NCBI RefSeq assembly: GCF_001949145.1
Contig: NW_019091358.1
Location: 868,961-932,960, forward strand
Reading direction: 5' to 3'
Length of the DNA stretch: 64,000 nucleotides
Source: Acanthaster planci
Taxonomy: Eukaryota
Numbering within the stretch: position 1 is the stretch's first letter; the number at the start of each line of letters is the position of its first letter. The position numbers and the translations under genes are program-made. Under the pieces are notes generated by a model, which saw only the letters and a program-made list of their open reading frames with translations, was not told the origin of the DNA and made no database searches. This document shows, one piece after another, positions 25,184 through 39,086 of the stretch.

Positions 25184-28100
25184 TAGGCTTGCTTAGCACG
25201 CGCGACCAATTTTTTGTTTGAATCCTACATAGGCCTATCCTGATTTTATGGAAAGCCATCTGCCTGTTAATTTATAATAATTACAAATTTTCGGGCGTCT
25301 TCCGCTCCTTATCAGGTACGACTGTTAGTATCCGGTTCGTAAGTATGACGTCACTTCAGTTTTATACTAGTACACCACGCCCATTGCATATCCTAGAGTT
25401 ACACGGAACTGGAACTTCAACCTCAACTCAACTGAACCTGAGTGTCCATCCAATGGGAGCTTGTCACCAGTGGTGTGTGCGCGTGTACGACAAAGTCGCT
25501 AACGAACCAACCTCGTTCCCAAAGGTACAATCTTGCCGTGTTGGTTCCCAACATGCTTGGCCGATCTACCGCGCACGCAACCCATGGAGCCGAGGCTATA
25601 TACAGACAGCGCGTTTCATACAAAACCTGCATAATTCACGTCATTGAATAACCTTTTTTGCTACTCAGTGGTACCTGTTGAATAGAACTTTATTTTTCTC
25701 GACTGTTTCCGCCCCCCATTTCCTAGGAAGAGGCAAATAATGTATGGGGACGGGAAGCAGTCTAACATTGCATAGTACAAATCTGTTTCACAAAATGAAA
25801 GGCGTCAATAGGCGACCAGGACCTACATAAATTTCGTTCTCCAAACAGAAGAGGTTTTATGCAGGTGCATGTATATTGTATAAAGCGAATTATGAATGTT
25901 TCACATAGGCCTACGTGCAAGGGTGAGAATGATTTCATTTGGTGACAAAGGAAATGTTCGATTTCACTCGGCTTGGCCTTGTGGAATCGAACATTTCATC
26001 TGTCTCCCCATGAAGTCTTATACCACTGCACTCATAAACATTCATTATTTTGAATAATATTCTTCGATTGCGTAGAAACGCGGACCCCGCAGATACGCGT
26101 AACGCCCAACTTTCATCATCGCAACAAACGCGGAAAATTTGCCATGACCTGTCGACTGGACGTTAAGCACCAGACTGAGCTAGTTCCAACTTTCTGATAG
26201 TTATCTTGTTTATTTCTCCGTCGTTGAGGCATTAGTCAATATTTCAATGCTAATCTCCTGAAATTGCCCGCTGTTTCTCCTCAGCATAGTGCCGTTTACT
26301 TTCCTTTAACGTTTTCGTACACTCTTTCACCGAGGGATGTCGCTGTCTTCCCTATGTAGTTTTTCTCCACACCCTTTACACGTAACCTGGTTTATCACTT
26401 CTCTCTGCTTGCATGTGCATTGCCTATTTCATTATCGCTGACACATTATACACGCTGTGTCTAGGCATTTCTCCCCGGAAATGAGTTAGACATCATGAAT
26501 ATGTCCTTTTCTCTTGTACCAGAATGTTCCGCTATTTTTGCCTTCTGTCACATGTCCGGCCTGCTAATAAGATATTCACTGCACTGTTTCCGTGGGTTCC
26601 GTATTATCTGCAGGCCATCGGTTTTGAAAATTAAAAGGAATATCAATATTCTGGTCACTTATCTGACTAGAGTTATGAGCAATGTATGGTCAGGAAGAGA
26701 CGCAATAATTAATGCTATACGATGGAAGAAAGGGTGTGTTTTGGTAATCTCGTAGCAGAAACCTGTTTAACGTCAAAGCAGTAATTTGGAACATGTTTAA
26801 GGGCGCCGACAAAAGCGCAGAACCAGGACAGCATTTGGCAAAGACAAGGCACAAGAAGCAGACAACCGTCACTGTTGCTCTCTCTTTCCTTTTTCTTGAA
26901 GAAAGCACCTCTTTTGATAATGATATTTGAAAGGCGACAACGATCGTCTGTTTATTTCTTGCCATTTTGAACGGGTGCTGAACCAACTCCAACCTTTGGT
27001 TCTCCTTTGGTCGGAACAATGACGTCACACAGGAACAATTGAAGTCACGAAAACGCTTAACAAATGACCAAAGCTGAAAACACGTTCATGGTTCAGGTCG
27101 CCAAAATACGCCCCAGTCCTACCCATGAGTACAGAATAAAAACACTAGATCGGCAGGGCGTGGATAAGCGCCCATTCACTGTGCGATGACTGTACGCAAA
27201 AGGAGAGATATATACATTGTATCCGCCCTGCATTCGAAACTGTTGCCTGGAGCTAGGTCTAGATTCTCACTCCATTGGAAATTACGGGGAAACGCAGACA
27301 ATAGACATTGTCGTGGTTCTGGAAGCCCGTTTCAGACACGACGACCTTATAAAATAACAATACCAAGGGTTTCAATCAAGCAAGGCATGGCGGGAATCAA
27401 TATATGGCGCATCAAGATCGTACCCATGGGAATGAGGTCATCTTTAACATGACAAGGAGCACGAAACGCTCTAATAAATAACAACTAACAAGATGCCGTC
27501 CTTATCAGTTTGTTGGAAGACTCCCTGCTTGGTTCTGAGACGTCACAACTAGGTCTATGCTGAAATCACAGACACCAGAGGAAGAAAAACCTCGATGGGA
27601 AATGTTCGGTATCACCCAATGTCACGTGACCAGGACTGGAGGAATTCCTCCAGTTTTCCGGAAATAGCCGAAATATTCCGAAGTCACCCCGTCTACATTC
27701 TGCATTTTCGGATGGTACCGTTGATGTTCGGTTATCCCCGTCGGGTAGGTGGGCTTGTTGAACGTAAACCGTCAACAATCATGCATTGGCATGTAACAAC
27801 GAAGTTACAAACAACTTACTTGTTGATGGGTGTGTGCGTGAAAGGAATGTTACTGTCCAAGAATTCACCAACTAAAAAGTTTTCGAAAATACTTATGGAT
27901 GATTTTGAATTTTCTGCGATTTTTTCAAGTGCGCCTCATTAGGGAACGCTCACCTGAATTTGAACAAAACGTATGGGAATGAAATCGAAAACATCCGGGC
28001 TTTCAACTTGTGACCTCTGACCCTTGCGTCATATCTATTTATATCCGTGGGTGATGCCTGACCTAAGATTCTTTATCAAGGGTTGTCAGGGAATCTCTAG

Positions 28101-29726
28101 GTAGGGAACCAGACTACTTATGTATCCGCTCCGAGCGGAACAAAAAGGGCGTTTTTTTGGTTCTCACCACATAGGCGCGCCGTGAGAAGTGCAAGTATAA
28201 TTGTGCGCGTTTGACACGGAGCACGCCGAGTACACGTAACTAATTTACTGCGGCATGTGTGGTCTTTGCGTACACGCAGAACGCGTGCAAGAACCCGCTT
28301 GTAACCACCTGTCTTTCTTTCGCCGATTGGAGGTGCACTTCAGCTCGAGGCGGATAGAATTTTCTGAGAATGCATGACACTGATCTCTATATAAAACATA
28401 GTAGTGGATGCACATAATGTACGCCAGCCACGCAGTTCAAGCTGCATTTTAAACAGTTTGGCCTGCTGATCTTTCTCAATGATGGTCGCTGATATTTTAG
28501 TACAGCTCTGCGTGGTCCAGCTTTTCCACGTAAACAAACCCTTATTACCTATTTCCCTCAACAACTAGGTTTGAAATTTTTTATGGAAAAAAAATAGAAA
28601 TCTTCTTACTTATAAAACATTTTCAAAATTCGTTCTTTGACAGTTACATTCACCCAAAGAATCCACTTGAAGCCTATTGTAATGTGACCACCACATACCA
28701 CAGTACACATTAGTTCAAATTTACATGTAATTTCACGCGTATGCACACATCGTAGCGAAGGCGACACAATAAAATAAAATAAAATGACTCAACGACAGTG
28801 CCCGCATACGGGCCCATTCACCGATCAATGACTGTGCGCCATTTTACGGTCCCTCATAAACATGCAAAAATGAACATTAAGGAGCAAATTCGGCCAAGGG
28901 CCAGTAATTAACTTGTGTTTAGCACGTAGGCCTATGGTTCATTAACTGCACGAGTTCCATTTTAGGAACGCATACGTAGTAAGGGCCATGAGAATTCGTG
29001 CCAGGCAAGCAGCTGCTTTATTCCATGAAATTTACGTCTTATTTTACTCTTTGGAAGTAAAAATACGTACCCCAAAATATTTTCATGGTAAGTTAAGGCA
29101 TTTTCCTTAAACGTATTTTGTGAAAATCGAGAAATTGTACTTGAGGGGTCAGGACTAGTAATTTATGTGTAAAGGCCTTTTTGGAGCAGTAGTTTGTTTA
29201 CGTTTTGATATGATTCTTGAAAGCTTGAAACAAAGAATTCGAAGCCTCCCTGAAGTTTTCAAAAGTTGGCTGTGGTGGAGAAAGGTGTGAAGGTTAGATT
29301 TGCTGACAGTTTTTTGCTAGTTTTTTTCTCTTCCCAACCGGACGCTTTGCATATCTACCTAACTCAGCACCGATAGCACCGATTCCGTTCATCCTGTATA
29401 ATCGTACGGCCTTGCGAGCGTAAGAATTCAGCGATTCGAAACGAAAGACAAACACAAAAGTGCAGTAATTTACCATGAAATTTATTATTGAAGCCGAGGT
29501 CTATCTGTCATTATAACATTGCTAGGAAATGTTGAAAATCACGGTATATATCCCAAGTTTTACATGTACGATACATGCATGAACCACATGAACATGTAAA
29601 TCGGCTCGGACGCATAGTGTCCATGTACATGTACAAGCACGTCAGTTCGCGTTTAACAGGCTATTGGACACAGTATCCGCTCCGAGCGGAAAAGAGGGCG
29701 TGTTTTTTGGGTACTTGCCTTCAAAC

Positions 29727-30160
29727 ACATAGACGGGCAGCTCCTATTCAAATCAATGGCGGGGTACCGTAGCTGAGACGGCACCCGACTAAATCCAAAA
29801 TTGTGGGCAAATTCGCCCCTTGGTATAGGGAACTTACGCATAGTTGAAGAATTCCAGCCAAAACATTCTATGAAGCCATGTTTTTTATTGTAAAAAACCT
29901 CTATTTACTTAATCTGGCCTGTAGGGATTCCAAACAATGCGGTTGCAACATTTGAAAAGAAGAGCAGTACAGAAGAGCAAAAAAGGTGAACGCATTTTGA
30001 GAGCACATGTAAACAAATACAGGCAATGTAAGTGCGTTGCGCGTAATGCGTACTGGACGCGCTGCCATCCGTCGCCCCGCCTATTGTTTGCCCATACTTT
30101 TCAAAATCACGGTTTTACGCACAAGATCGGCGGTCTTTGCGTTTACGTTTATATATCTGT
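29727..30160. repeat. Dispersed repeat, copy 2 of 14380-14820
   Basis: Colinear similarity to 14380-14820 over about 440 bp. Confidence 0.75.
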
Positions 30161-30779
30161 GGGGCGGATGCCGAGCACGGTACGTGGCTGGATCGGTTTT
30201 GTACATGTAAAACACGTGGATTGCGCTGCTCAGAAGTGTTTAATTAAATAACTCATGAAAGTCGAACAAAAAAATCTAGCTATAGTTAAATTAATTGTAT
30301 TTTGTGGTTTAGATTCTGGCCTGTCGTATGTAGTGTCTAATTTACCGGGGAAAAATCTGCACTTGAGAAAGTGAGTGGAGAAAAAGACCAAGAGATCGGC
30401 TGAAAATGGAAATCGATTGAAAAGGGAAATATAACCACTTTGAGGCTAAATTTCATATTTATGTAGCATTTCTTTTCATGATTCTGTGGTGATGTATTCA
30501 GTCAAGCCTTTTAGAGCACAAAGAAATTCAATGTGATCGTTTAGTTAATTTTGTGTAAACCAAGTTTTCAAAGCGAGAAGGCTCAACAGAGGATTGGCAA
30601 GTTGCTAAGGACAGTTCGGTATGGTTCACGAGGGTCTGGTCAAGCTTAACCGCCGCGCACAGACAAAGTCGTTAATTTCCCACACGTCGAATGGGATTGA
30701 AACATATGTGTTGGTTCGTTATCAGTCATGTTTTGTGATCGTTTAATGGCTGACAAGCTTTATTTAGAAGTATTATATT

Positions 30780-30934
30780 TGTTATAACCAGGCCAAAATA
30801 CTAATTTGGGAGTTGAAACACTGTTTAATTTTTTATACGTGTCACACTAGACGATAGCCATTTTGGAACACACAACTCGGTTTTCTAAGTTCAGAGGGCG
30901 CTATGTTAGTTAAAGCCTTATTAAAGATTCTACA
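30780..30934 (-). repeat. 3' LTR of the Gypsy element
   Basis: tgttataaccaggcc...ttctaca, a direct repeat of 35279-35437, next to the polypurine tract at 30935-30944. Confidence 0.85.
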
Positions 30935-33900
30935 ACTCCTCCCCATCAGTTAAACCTCATTTCCAGATTAAAAATTACTAGTGAAGGCATCATCTTTTCT
31001 AAACTAGGCATCAGCTTGGATGGATATTGAATACTTGCATATTACAGGTTCCGTTATATAAACAAATGGCACTCATCGAGCAATATCCAAGGAATTCATG
31101 CAAGGATAATCACAAAATGAGTCCAGCCTGACATTTCAATCATTTCCAAGCAGAATACAAAATCTTCACTTTGAACTAGACCTTTTTTCCCTTTGAGCAA
31201 CAAATCGTAACAATGTCGAACAGTGTGAACGATGGAATTAAACAATCTTAATAGTCCTAACAATGTTAACCTGGAAAACTATTCAGGTTTCTTCAGCAAG
31301 TGAATCCAAACAAATTAACAATGGCAAACTTTAACGGTACACGAAAATCATGCATTCAGTCTTTGAGTTCTAGTCAGTTACATATATCCTAGAACCAATA
31401 TCGACAAAGTTTGTTATGTTCGCGTGAGACCGTCGAAGTTCTGGTATTGGTGGATTGTTCTCGGTCTTTCCAAGCTCCACTGGTTTCACCGGTTCCTCCA
31501 TCCTGCCGGGACTAAGCTTACTTTTGTTAATCTCCTCCATCCTTGGCGCAGACGGAGGTGTAACGGGATCAAAGACGTGTGTCACAGGCACCCAGCGACG
31601 TCGGATCTAGTCTACCCGTTGGCATAAGACACCGCCATCCTCAAGCTGGATAGCGTTTATGCAAATTACCAATTGCAGCAGTGATGACACCAGCAATCCA
31701 ACGCGGATCGGCGGCAAAGTTTTCAGAGTGGACTGCCTCTTGAGAGTTGAAGGTGCGTTGTTTGGCATGCTTGTCATATTGTTCCTTCTGCTTCTGCTAA
31801 CTACTCGTTGGCAATACGACGGGTGGATGTTGGGTCTCATTGCATCGGGTCCGGTATGTAGCTCGCGTTTCATCAACATCTCTGCTGGAGATAAGCCGGA
31901 TGTGGTGTCACGCGGTATGTCATCAGAAGATGCGGCAGTTTGGTCTCCACCGTGCCCTCCGACATCCGGGTTTGAATGACTGCACCGCCCTTTCTGCCAG
32001 ACCATTTGATGACGGGTGAAATGGACCAGACCTCACATGTTTGATGGCATCCATCTGCTGAACTTCTCGAGTTCAGCACTAGGTGAAGTTGGTGCCGTTA
32101 TCAGTGACAATAATTTACGGCAGTACATTCTGTGTGTTGCGAAGGTCTGACGAAGCCGTTCTACTGTGCTTTGAGATGTCGTCGTGTGCATAGCATGGAT
32201 ATCTTGCCATTTACTATGCGCATCCACTATGACAAGAAACACCTGGCCCATAAATGGACCAGCATAGTCCAAGTGCAAGCACCACCATGGACGACTTGGC
32301 CACTCCCGTGGGTGGAGTAGAGCAACGGATGGCGATTTTCGCGAGGCTTTACAGAATGGGCATTGCTTGGTCTTGTCCTCAAGATCTTTGTTTATGCCTG
32401 GCCACAAAACGTTAACTACGAGCGAGTGATTTCATACGAGAGATATCAGGGTGGGATTCATATAGCTCTACAATGATCTGTGCTCGGCCTTTCGGAGGGA
32501 TGACTACTCATGACCCCCACAACTTGCAGTCATCTTGCACGCTTAACTCCTATGAGCGTCAAGCATGTGGCTTCAGTCCGTGGTCCAGACAGTCTTGTAG
32601 CCAACCATTCATAACGTCAATACGTGTGCGTGCCAAGATTGGATCTCTACCGGTGCATGGAGAGGCAAATTTTATCTGGACTGACCGCGGTGGATTCAAG
32701 ACGATCCATGATCATGACATAGTCTACTGGAACTGGGGTACAGTTGATGATAACCGGCAGTGGCAATCTGCTTAAGCCATCGGCATTGCTATTCAGGTGT
32801 CCTGGTTTGCACACCAATTGATGGTCGTAAGCTGCCAGCATAAGGGCCCAACGTTGAATTCTGGCCCCATGAGGGACACTGCTCACTCCTCACTGAACGA
32901 CCTTAGCAGTGGTTTGTGATCAGTAGCAATCTCAAACGACGACCGTACACATACTGGTGAAATTTCTTCACTACTAGTCCCTCCTTATCCAGCTGTGAAT
33001 GGTTTCACTCTGGCGGAGACAATGACCACGAGGCGTAAGCCACTGGGTGCTCGGAGGCATGCAATGGGTACTAGCACGGCGCCCACACCGTACGGGCTGG
33101 CATCATAGGATAATTCTGACGGTTTAATGCATGGGTCATAGTGCACGAGCACTCTGGCTGAAATCAGTTATTCCATCAAAGCTCGGGACGATCCTCATGT
33201 ACCGGCTTCCATGACCAACTGATTTTTTTTCAGGGGTAGTGCGTGTAGTGACCCTAGAACTGATGAGAGATTTGGCAAGAAGCGGTCATAATAGTCCAAG
33301 AGTCCCAGGTAGGACTTCAACTCTGTCACATTACCTGCTACTAGTGCATACCGTACTACTCAAACCTTCTCTGCTGGAGGATGCAAGCCTGCTGCATTGA
33401 TACAATAGCCAAACTATACCACCTCTGCGGCGAGGAATATGCATCCTGACGGAGTCCTGCACTCTAGAGGCGACCCAGGACCTTGTTGACATTTGCGACG
33501 TGCTCTGCATCAGTCCTGCCAGTTTACTAGCACGTCGTCAATGAATGCTGCTGCATAAGGTACGTCTGCCAAAAGACTTCCATTTGTCCGTTGGAAGATT
33601 GCAGGTGCAGCAGATACACTAAAGGGCATGCGCGTGTACTGAAATAGCCCCTTGTGTGTGTTGATAGTAGGAGTTCGCGTGACTTCCCATCGAGTTCAAG
33701 CTGAAGGCAGGCATGACTGAGATCTAGCTTTCTGAATGGCTTCCACCGGACATGGCTGTAACAGGTCCTCAACCTCAGGTCCGCGAGGTAACGGGTATCA
33801 GTCTTTGCTGACTGATTTACTGTGGTTTTTGTAGTCACCCCAGATCAGTGGTATACCGGACTCTTTCATCATGGGTCCAATGGGGGATGCCCAACGAGAG

Positions 33901-35278
33901 AATGTCACTGGTTCAAGTTCATCTTCGACCTATTGTTTCATGGCGAAGGGTACCAGTCTGGCTTTACTGATAGTTGACTTTGCATCACACTGATGTGTAC
34001 CTGGTGACCTTTAGGTTTAGCAAGTTCATCTCGAAACAAGTTGTTGTACTGTCCAGTGATGTCAGTGGGGACTGTTATATGGTTCACCTGACGAATTGTG
34101 TGCCATGCTAACTGAAGACGGCGGAGCCAGTCCCGGCCGAGGAGATTTGGTCCCTTCTCTAGCACGATAAGAAGTGGGAATTGAGAATTTGGGTGGTTGT
34201 GCTCAACTCCAACAGTGCAACTACCAACTTCTGGTATTTTCTGCCCAGTGTATGTGCGCAATTCAATGTCTGTGTTCTTGCATTGGATCGGTTTGTTGTC
34301 GACAAATACTGACTAGAAGGCGTTTTCATTGAGGATGGAAACCAAAGCGCCAGGAGCGTCGATTTCCTCGATCACAGATTTGCCATTAATTGACAGAGTT
34401 ACTAGTAACGGAGACTCTTTTGTCTGTGATGTCTTATGGATAGTGTAGTTTGAAGGCTGTTCACTCTCATCCACACCTTTCTTCTATGTATTGTGGTGCA
34501 ACTGTTTTGATATCGATGTAGGGGGGGGGTTATTGCTCCAACACACCTTGGCCAAATGGCAGGTGTATGAGCGAGCTCGACAGTTCCGTGATGAGTAGTC
34601 CGTTCGCCCACAGCGATAGCATTTGCGAGATCCATTTGACTTCCCATGCGCTTGAGTTTAGCTTGTGGCCTCCCTCTTCCCTTCCTCTGGGCTTTTGCAT
34701 TGCCGACTTTGTGCGCCTTATGTTGTTGGGGAAGTAGGGGACGCCCGGTACTTGAATGATGCTGAATATCCTTAGCATTCTTGGCAGACAGCTCCACAGC
34801 TTGAGCTATTTCCCAAGCTTTATCAAACTTGATGGTGGATTCAGACAACAGTCTACGTTGAATCTGATCATCATTGATAGCGCACACCAAGCAATCACGT
34901 AACATGTCACAGTGTTGCGCAAGGTGACGTGGTGCTGCAGTGAACTGAGAAATGGTTGCCTCACTTTCGAGTTAAACTTATTCTTTCCACTATGACAGAT
35001 GGCTTTGGGCTGACATGATTCTTAGTGATTGAAATTAACTTTTCAAATGTCTTCTCACCTGGCTTGTCCGGCACCACTAAGCTAGCGATCAGCGTGAATG
35101 TTGTCGGCCCACAAACATTCAATAGCACAGCTTGCTTTTTACCATGTGTTTTCACATCATTAGTTTTGCTTCGAAAAACTGTCATATGGTCTACATAGAC
35201 CCGCAGCCGCCACGTCTCCTACTCAGGCTGAAACTCTCCAATGTTACCGAAGGTATTCATTCCATTCTCGTCGCCAAT

Positions 35279-35437
35279 TGTTGTAACCAGGCCAAAACAT
35301 ACACCTGGGAGTTAAAACACTGTTTAATTCTTACGTGTCACACTGGACGGTAGCCAAGTTCCAACACACAACTCGGCTCCTGAAGTTCCAACAAGAGAGG
35401 GCGCTATGACAGTTTAAGCGGTATCAAAGATACTACA
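35279..35437 (-). repeat. 5' LTR of the Gypsy element
   Basis: tgttgtaaccaggcc...tactaca. On the minus strand it is followed by tggcgacgagaatgg, which is complementary to a tRNA-Ser(GCU)-type 3' end. Confidence 0.85.
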
Positions 35438-35901
35438 ATATTAAAGCCACCCTTGGAAGTAAATGCCAGTTATCGCCGCGTCTTATCCTTTTTTTGGATT
35501 AAAAAAAGGAAACAAAGCCAAACCATGGAAAGACACTTTACATAATCCATTCGGCATGGGTGAATCTGATATGTGTGAGATGGAAAAATTGTTTCGCAGG
35601 GAAAACAGATCGCATCTCGCATGAAAAATCAATTCAGGATATGCGCATATTCTGGGCTAGAATTGTGTATTCGTCTGCTCTTCAATATTTTTTTTTTGTA
35701 GATTTTCTCATTTTGTTTTCTTTTAATGGAGTCTGTATTTCAACGATTATCTCACTCAATCGATGTACAAGCCCTCTCAGGTGACTGTTAATAACTTGTG
35801 TGGGCCTCCTGAATTTTTTTTAACAGTGTTTGTTTTGCTCGTTCATCTGGCATCTTGCGTGTCCTATTTCTTCGCTGTTATTTCGTTTCTTTCTTCCAAA
35901 G

Positions 35902-36026
35902 CTTGTTCCGTGAATTGGCAGACAGGAAGTCGCTCGTACACGTTTTTCATCTTCGTCATGATCTTGGTGCTACCTCTGTCCATCATTGTCTTCTCGTACA
36001 GCCAAGTACTTGTGACTGTCAAGAAG
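35902..36026 (+). CDS. Opsin A exon 3 (ECL2-TM5)
   Basis: Pyrimidine tract plus an aag| acceptor at 35901 and donor aag|gtaatg at 36026/36027. Encodes (S)CSVNWQTGSRSYTFFIFVMILVLPLSIIVFSYSQVLVTVKK with C187. The phase-0 intron matches rhodopsin TVKE|A. Confidence 0.88.
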
Positions 36027-36674
36027 GTAATGCAGTGGCGTAAATCTCTGCCGTTGACGGGGAATGGGGGATGACTTAATTAAAACAAAATTGTGTGGCT
36101 GTGTCAATTCGTGAAGCGAGGGATGGGGTGGAGGGGGGAATTGGTGCCGTTCATGACAGAATGTAGAGCTTCTGTGTAATTTTTCTCCGTTTTTTAGCAC
36201 TGTTGAACGTATTTGGATGTTGTGAAGTTCCATTCCAGAAGTACCTCAAATCTTCCTGAAAGGGGGGGGGAATAGCCCAGCCCCCTGGTTAAATGTGTGT
36301 GGGCGGAGGAGTATACACTCTCCCCCCCAGGCTTTACTGCTCAGAGATAACACATTTGCTTACAGTCCAGTGCGTAAGTACTTGAGGTTGTTATTACTTG
36401 GCATTATTGACAAAAGTGTGTAATAACACAACCTTGTGGATGGAAATTGCTTTTGCCGGTAAGTGGTCCTTCAAAAACAAAACCAGGAAGTCCAGATTTA
36501 GAATATTTCTTGCTTTGATATGAGTTAAATTTCCAAATAAATCTGTGATCTTAAAGTGTTCCTGTCGATTTCACAAGTGCTGCACCATTGATATACATTG
36601 GCATACACTGATTTACCTAAAGGTTTTCAGCTATTTGATATAAAACATCGTTATGGAAATTACAAACATGGTTT

Positions 36675-36748
36675 ATATAAGAAAAGGACAAATTTTGCTG
36701 ATATAAGAAAAAGACAAAATTTGTTGATATAAGAAAAAGACAAATTTT
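36675..36748. repeat. Short tandem repeat, 26-bp unit, about 2.8 copies
   Basis: atataagaaaa(a/g)gacaaa(a/t)tttg(c/t)tg repeated. Confidence 0.8.
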
Positions 36749-37785
36749 ATCGGAGGGGTAAAATTAGTGGTAATATTATCCAATGAAAATAAAGAATTTC
36801 TGATCTTGCGCCCCGCCCTAAAAAAATCCCCTTACACTGAATGATGTTGATGTCATGGCGTCACGTAAAGAACAACCTTGCCACGCGTCTCCATGCAACA
36901 CGTTCAACTTTCGCCTTTTGTTGTGTAGACTTGAGTCGGCAATTGCAGATTTTGAAGTTTCTGAGGCGATTTTGTAGCCGATGCTTGGGATTGCTGTATA
37001 TTTCAGCCGAGGTGCTTCCAGTATTCCAAACTCTTCGTGGAGCGTTTTCTCGTAATCATCGGCTGTAAAATGGTCACTGCTCGTTTGCCCTGGTCAAGCG
37101 CACTTTTTCTGTCCAGATTTTCTGTAATGCCATGTCTTTGGGGAACCTGTGCAGGCGTACACCGTCCTTTGGTGTATTGCTGCATCCTGCAATTATACAT
37201 CTAGTCGGCATTGTTGCTTGCCATGGCCAAATTGCAAGGATTTTTTTTGGCACGATACCTCGGCAAGAATTCAGTCAGTCCACACGTAACGCCGGGTCAG
37301 TGACGCCTACTTTGAAAATCGGATTCTTTACGTGACGTCATTGTATGATGCATTACATCATTCTTTCAAGGTTTTCGATGGGGAAAGTGGGGGGCACGAA
37401 AAATGCTGAAAAAATCGTCAAAATCAGCCAAACCGATGGAAATAAACGAAAACGGACACAGTTCTTGTTTTTGTATTCAATACAGGTTTATTTAACACAG
37501 TAATGGTTCTGAATAGCAGAAAACCTTTACGTCTCCTCGCCTTATTATCGGATGCTGTTGGTTTATGCTACTCTTCAAAAATACATCGTTCCTATCAACG
37601 TCATTTGTTCTGAACACTATTTAGTTCCATGCTTCTTTTACGTGAAGATCAAATTAGACCAAACCAACAAAAATTGTTACTAATGACTATGAGGAAACTA
37701 CTTCTCCCCGTGCCTGGCAAAAAATGATGTTGCATTTCTATGTACAAATGACTATTTCCTCGTTTTTTCCCTTGTTACTCCACAG

Positions 37786-38025
37786 ATGGCCAAGTGCCAG
37801 GTTGGCAACCGGCGGTTCAGGCGAGCGGACAAGAAAGTTACCATCATGGTCGTGGTGATGATGATCACATTCATGGTATCCTGGAGTCCTTATGCTATCC
37901 TGGCGCTGTACTCTGCGTTTGGTAACAGTGCATACCTTCCGCCACTAGTCACCACTTTACCCGCCATGTTCGCCAAAGCATCAACTGCCTACAATCCGGT
38001 TATTTATTTTCTTCTCCACGACAAG
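37786..38025 (+). CDS. Opsin A exon 4 (TM6-TM7 with the retinal-binding lysine)
   Basis: Acceptor cacag| at 37785 and donor aag|gtac at 38025/38026; 240 nt as in rhodopsin exon 4. Encodes WSPYA...PAMFAKASTAYNPVIY, with the K296 codon at 37975-37977. Confidence 0.95.
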
Positions 38026-39086
38026 GTACATCTACATCACGATTTTTACCGCACGACCCTCATCACATTGTCTCAGCACCATGTGTTTGCCGCTACTCCT
38101 AAAGAACGTATCTCTTTTCTTTTTACCACCGTCCTCAATGGGGAGCTGATGAGGGCTGGTGTCTTTCATAAAATTTTGTCCAAGTATTGATCTCAAGAAG
38201 CTTACGGGGAGCCTAAGATGCCATTTCAATTTATGCACGTCATCCTGAACGCGGTGCCATGTTTGTTCAGGAAAACGCTACGAGTGAAGATTATATACGC
38301 ACCTCGCTTTTATCAGCGTGCTTCGGGATTTCTTCGAGGTCCTTTTTAAGTTTTGAAAACTCAACTTAGAACCGTTGGTTTTAAAGATACCTAATCTCAA
38401 GCTGCCTCTTGGCAGTGCGTTTATACCACACAGAACTATTTTTTAAAGGTTCCATGCGATAAGTTTTTCGTCGACATTGTTTTTCAACTTTATACTCTTT
38501 TCCAATTTTCAGTGTAATGGGGGTAAAATTGATTGAACACTGCATTTTTAACCGTTTACAAATTATTTACGTTTTACGGACAAATTGTTGCTATGATGTC
38601 ATAGGGGAAGATACTGTTGAGTTTGAATGTTTGAAAGCATTTCCTGAGAAAGGGTTGTTCGTTTATTTTTTGGGAGGTACTTACACAACAGTGCATCACC
38701 AAAGAAAAGGAAGTTTAGGACAGCGAAGTATGAAAATCCAGCAATTCTTTTTTTCACAAATCAGCGAAATGTTGAGGTTTTCTCTGTGGAATGACATCAC
38801 ATTTATTTCACACATATGGGAAATCGCATCAGATAAACAAGCAAAGAGGCACCGCACTAACAGTAACTTTTTAAATAGCTAAAAAAATAAATTAATTGGA
38901 CAAGGTGTATTTTCAAGAGGAGTGGTAAACAAAATTGTATTGCCTGGACTCGTAACGTAAACATCGCATATATCTTGAATAATGACATCAATACTGGCGT
39001 CGAAACATTAAACTCTCCTGTTACAAATTTTCACATCAATGTCATTTCGACTAGTTGAGTAGCGTATCCCTACCTATTTGTTACAG

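Larger units (their letters stand above)
30780..35437 (-). mobile_element. Full-length but decayed Ty3/Gypsy (Mag-like) LTR retrotransposon in opsin A intron 2
   Basis: Two TG...CA LTRs, a 5-bp target duplication ATATT (30775-30779 and 35438-35442), PBS tggcgacgag inside the 5' LTR and PPT ggggaggag before the 3' LTR. Remnants run in the order gag-PR-RT-RNaseH-IN (LRDCLVCAINDDQIQRRLL, NLLGRDWL, KLDLSHACLQLELD, DASPYGVGAVL, RIQRWALML, LHLDYAGPF) with many stops and frameshifts. Confidence 0.92.
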
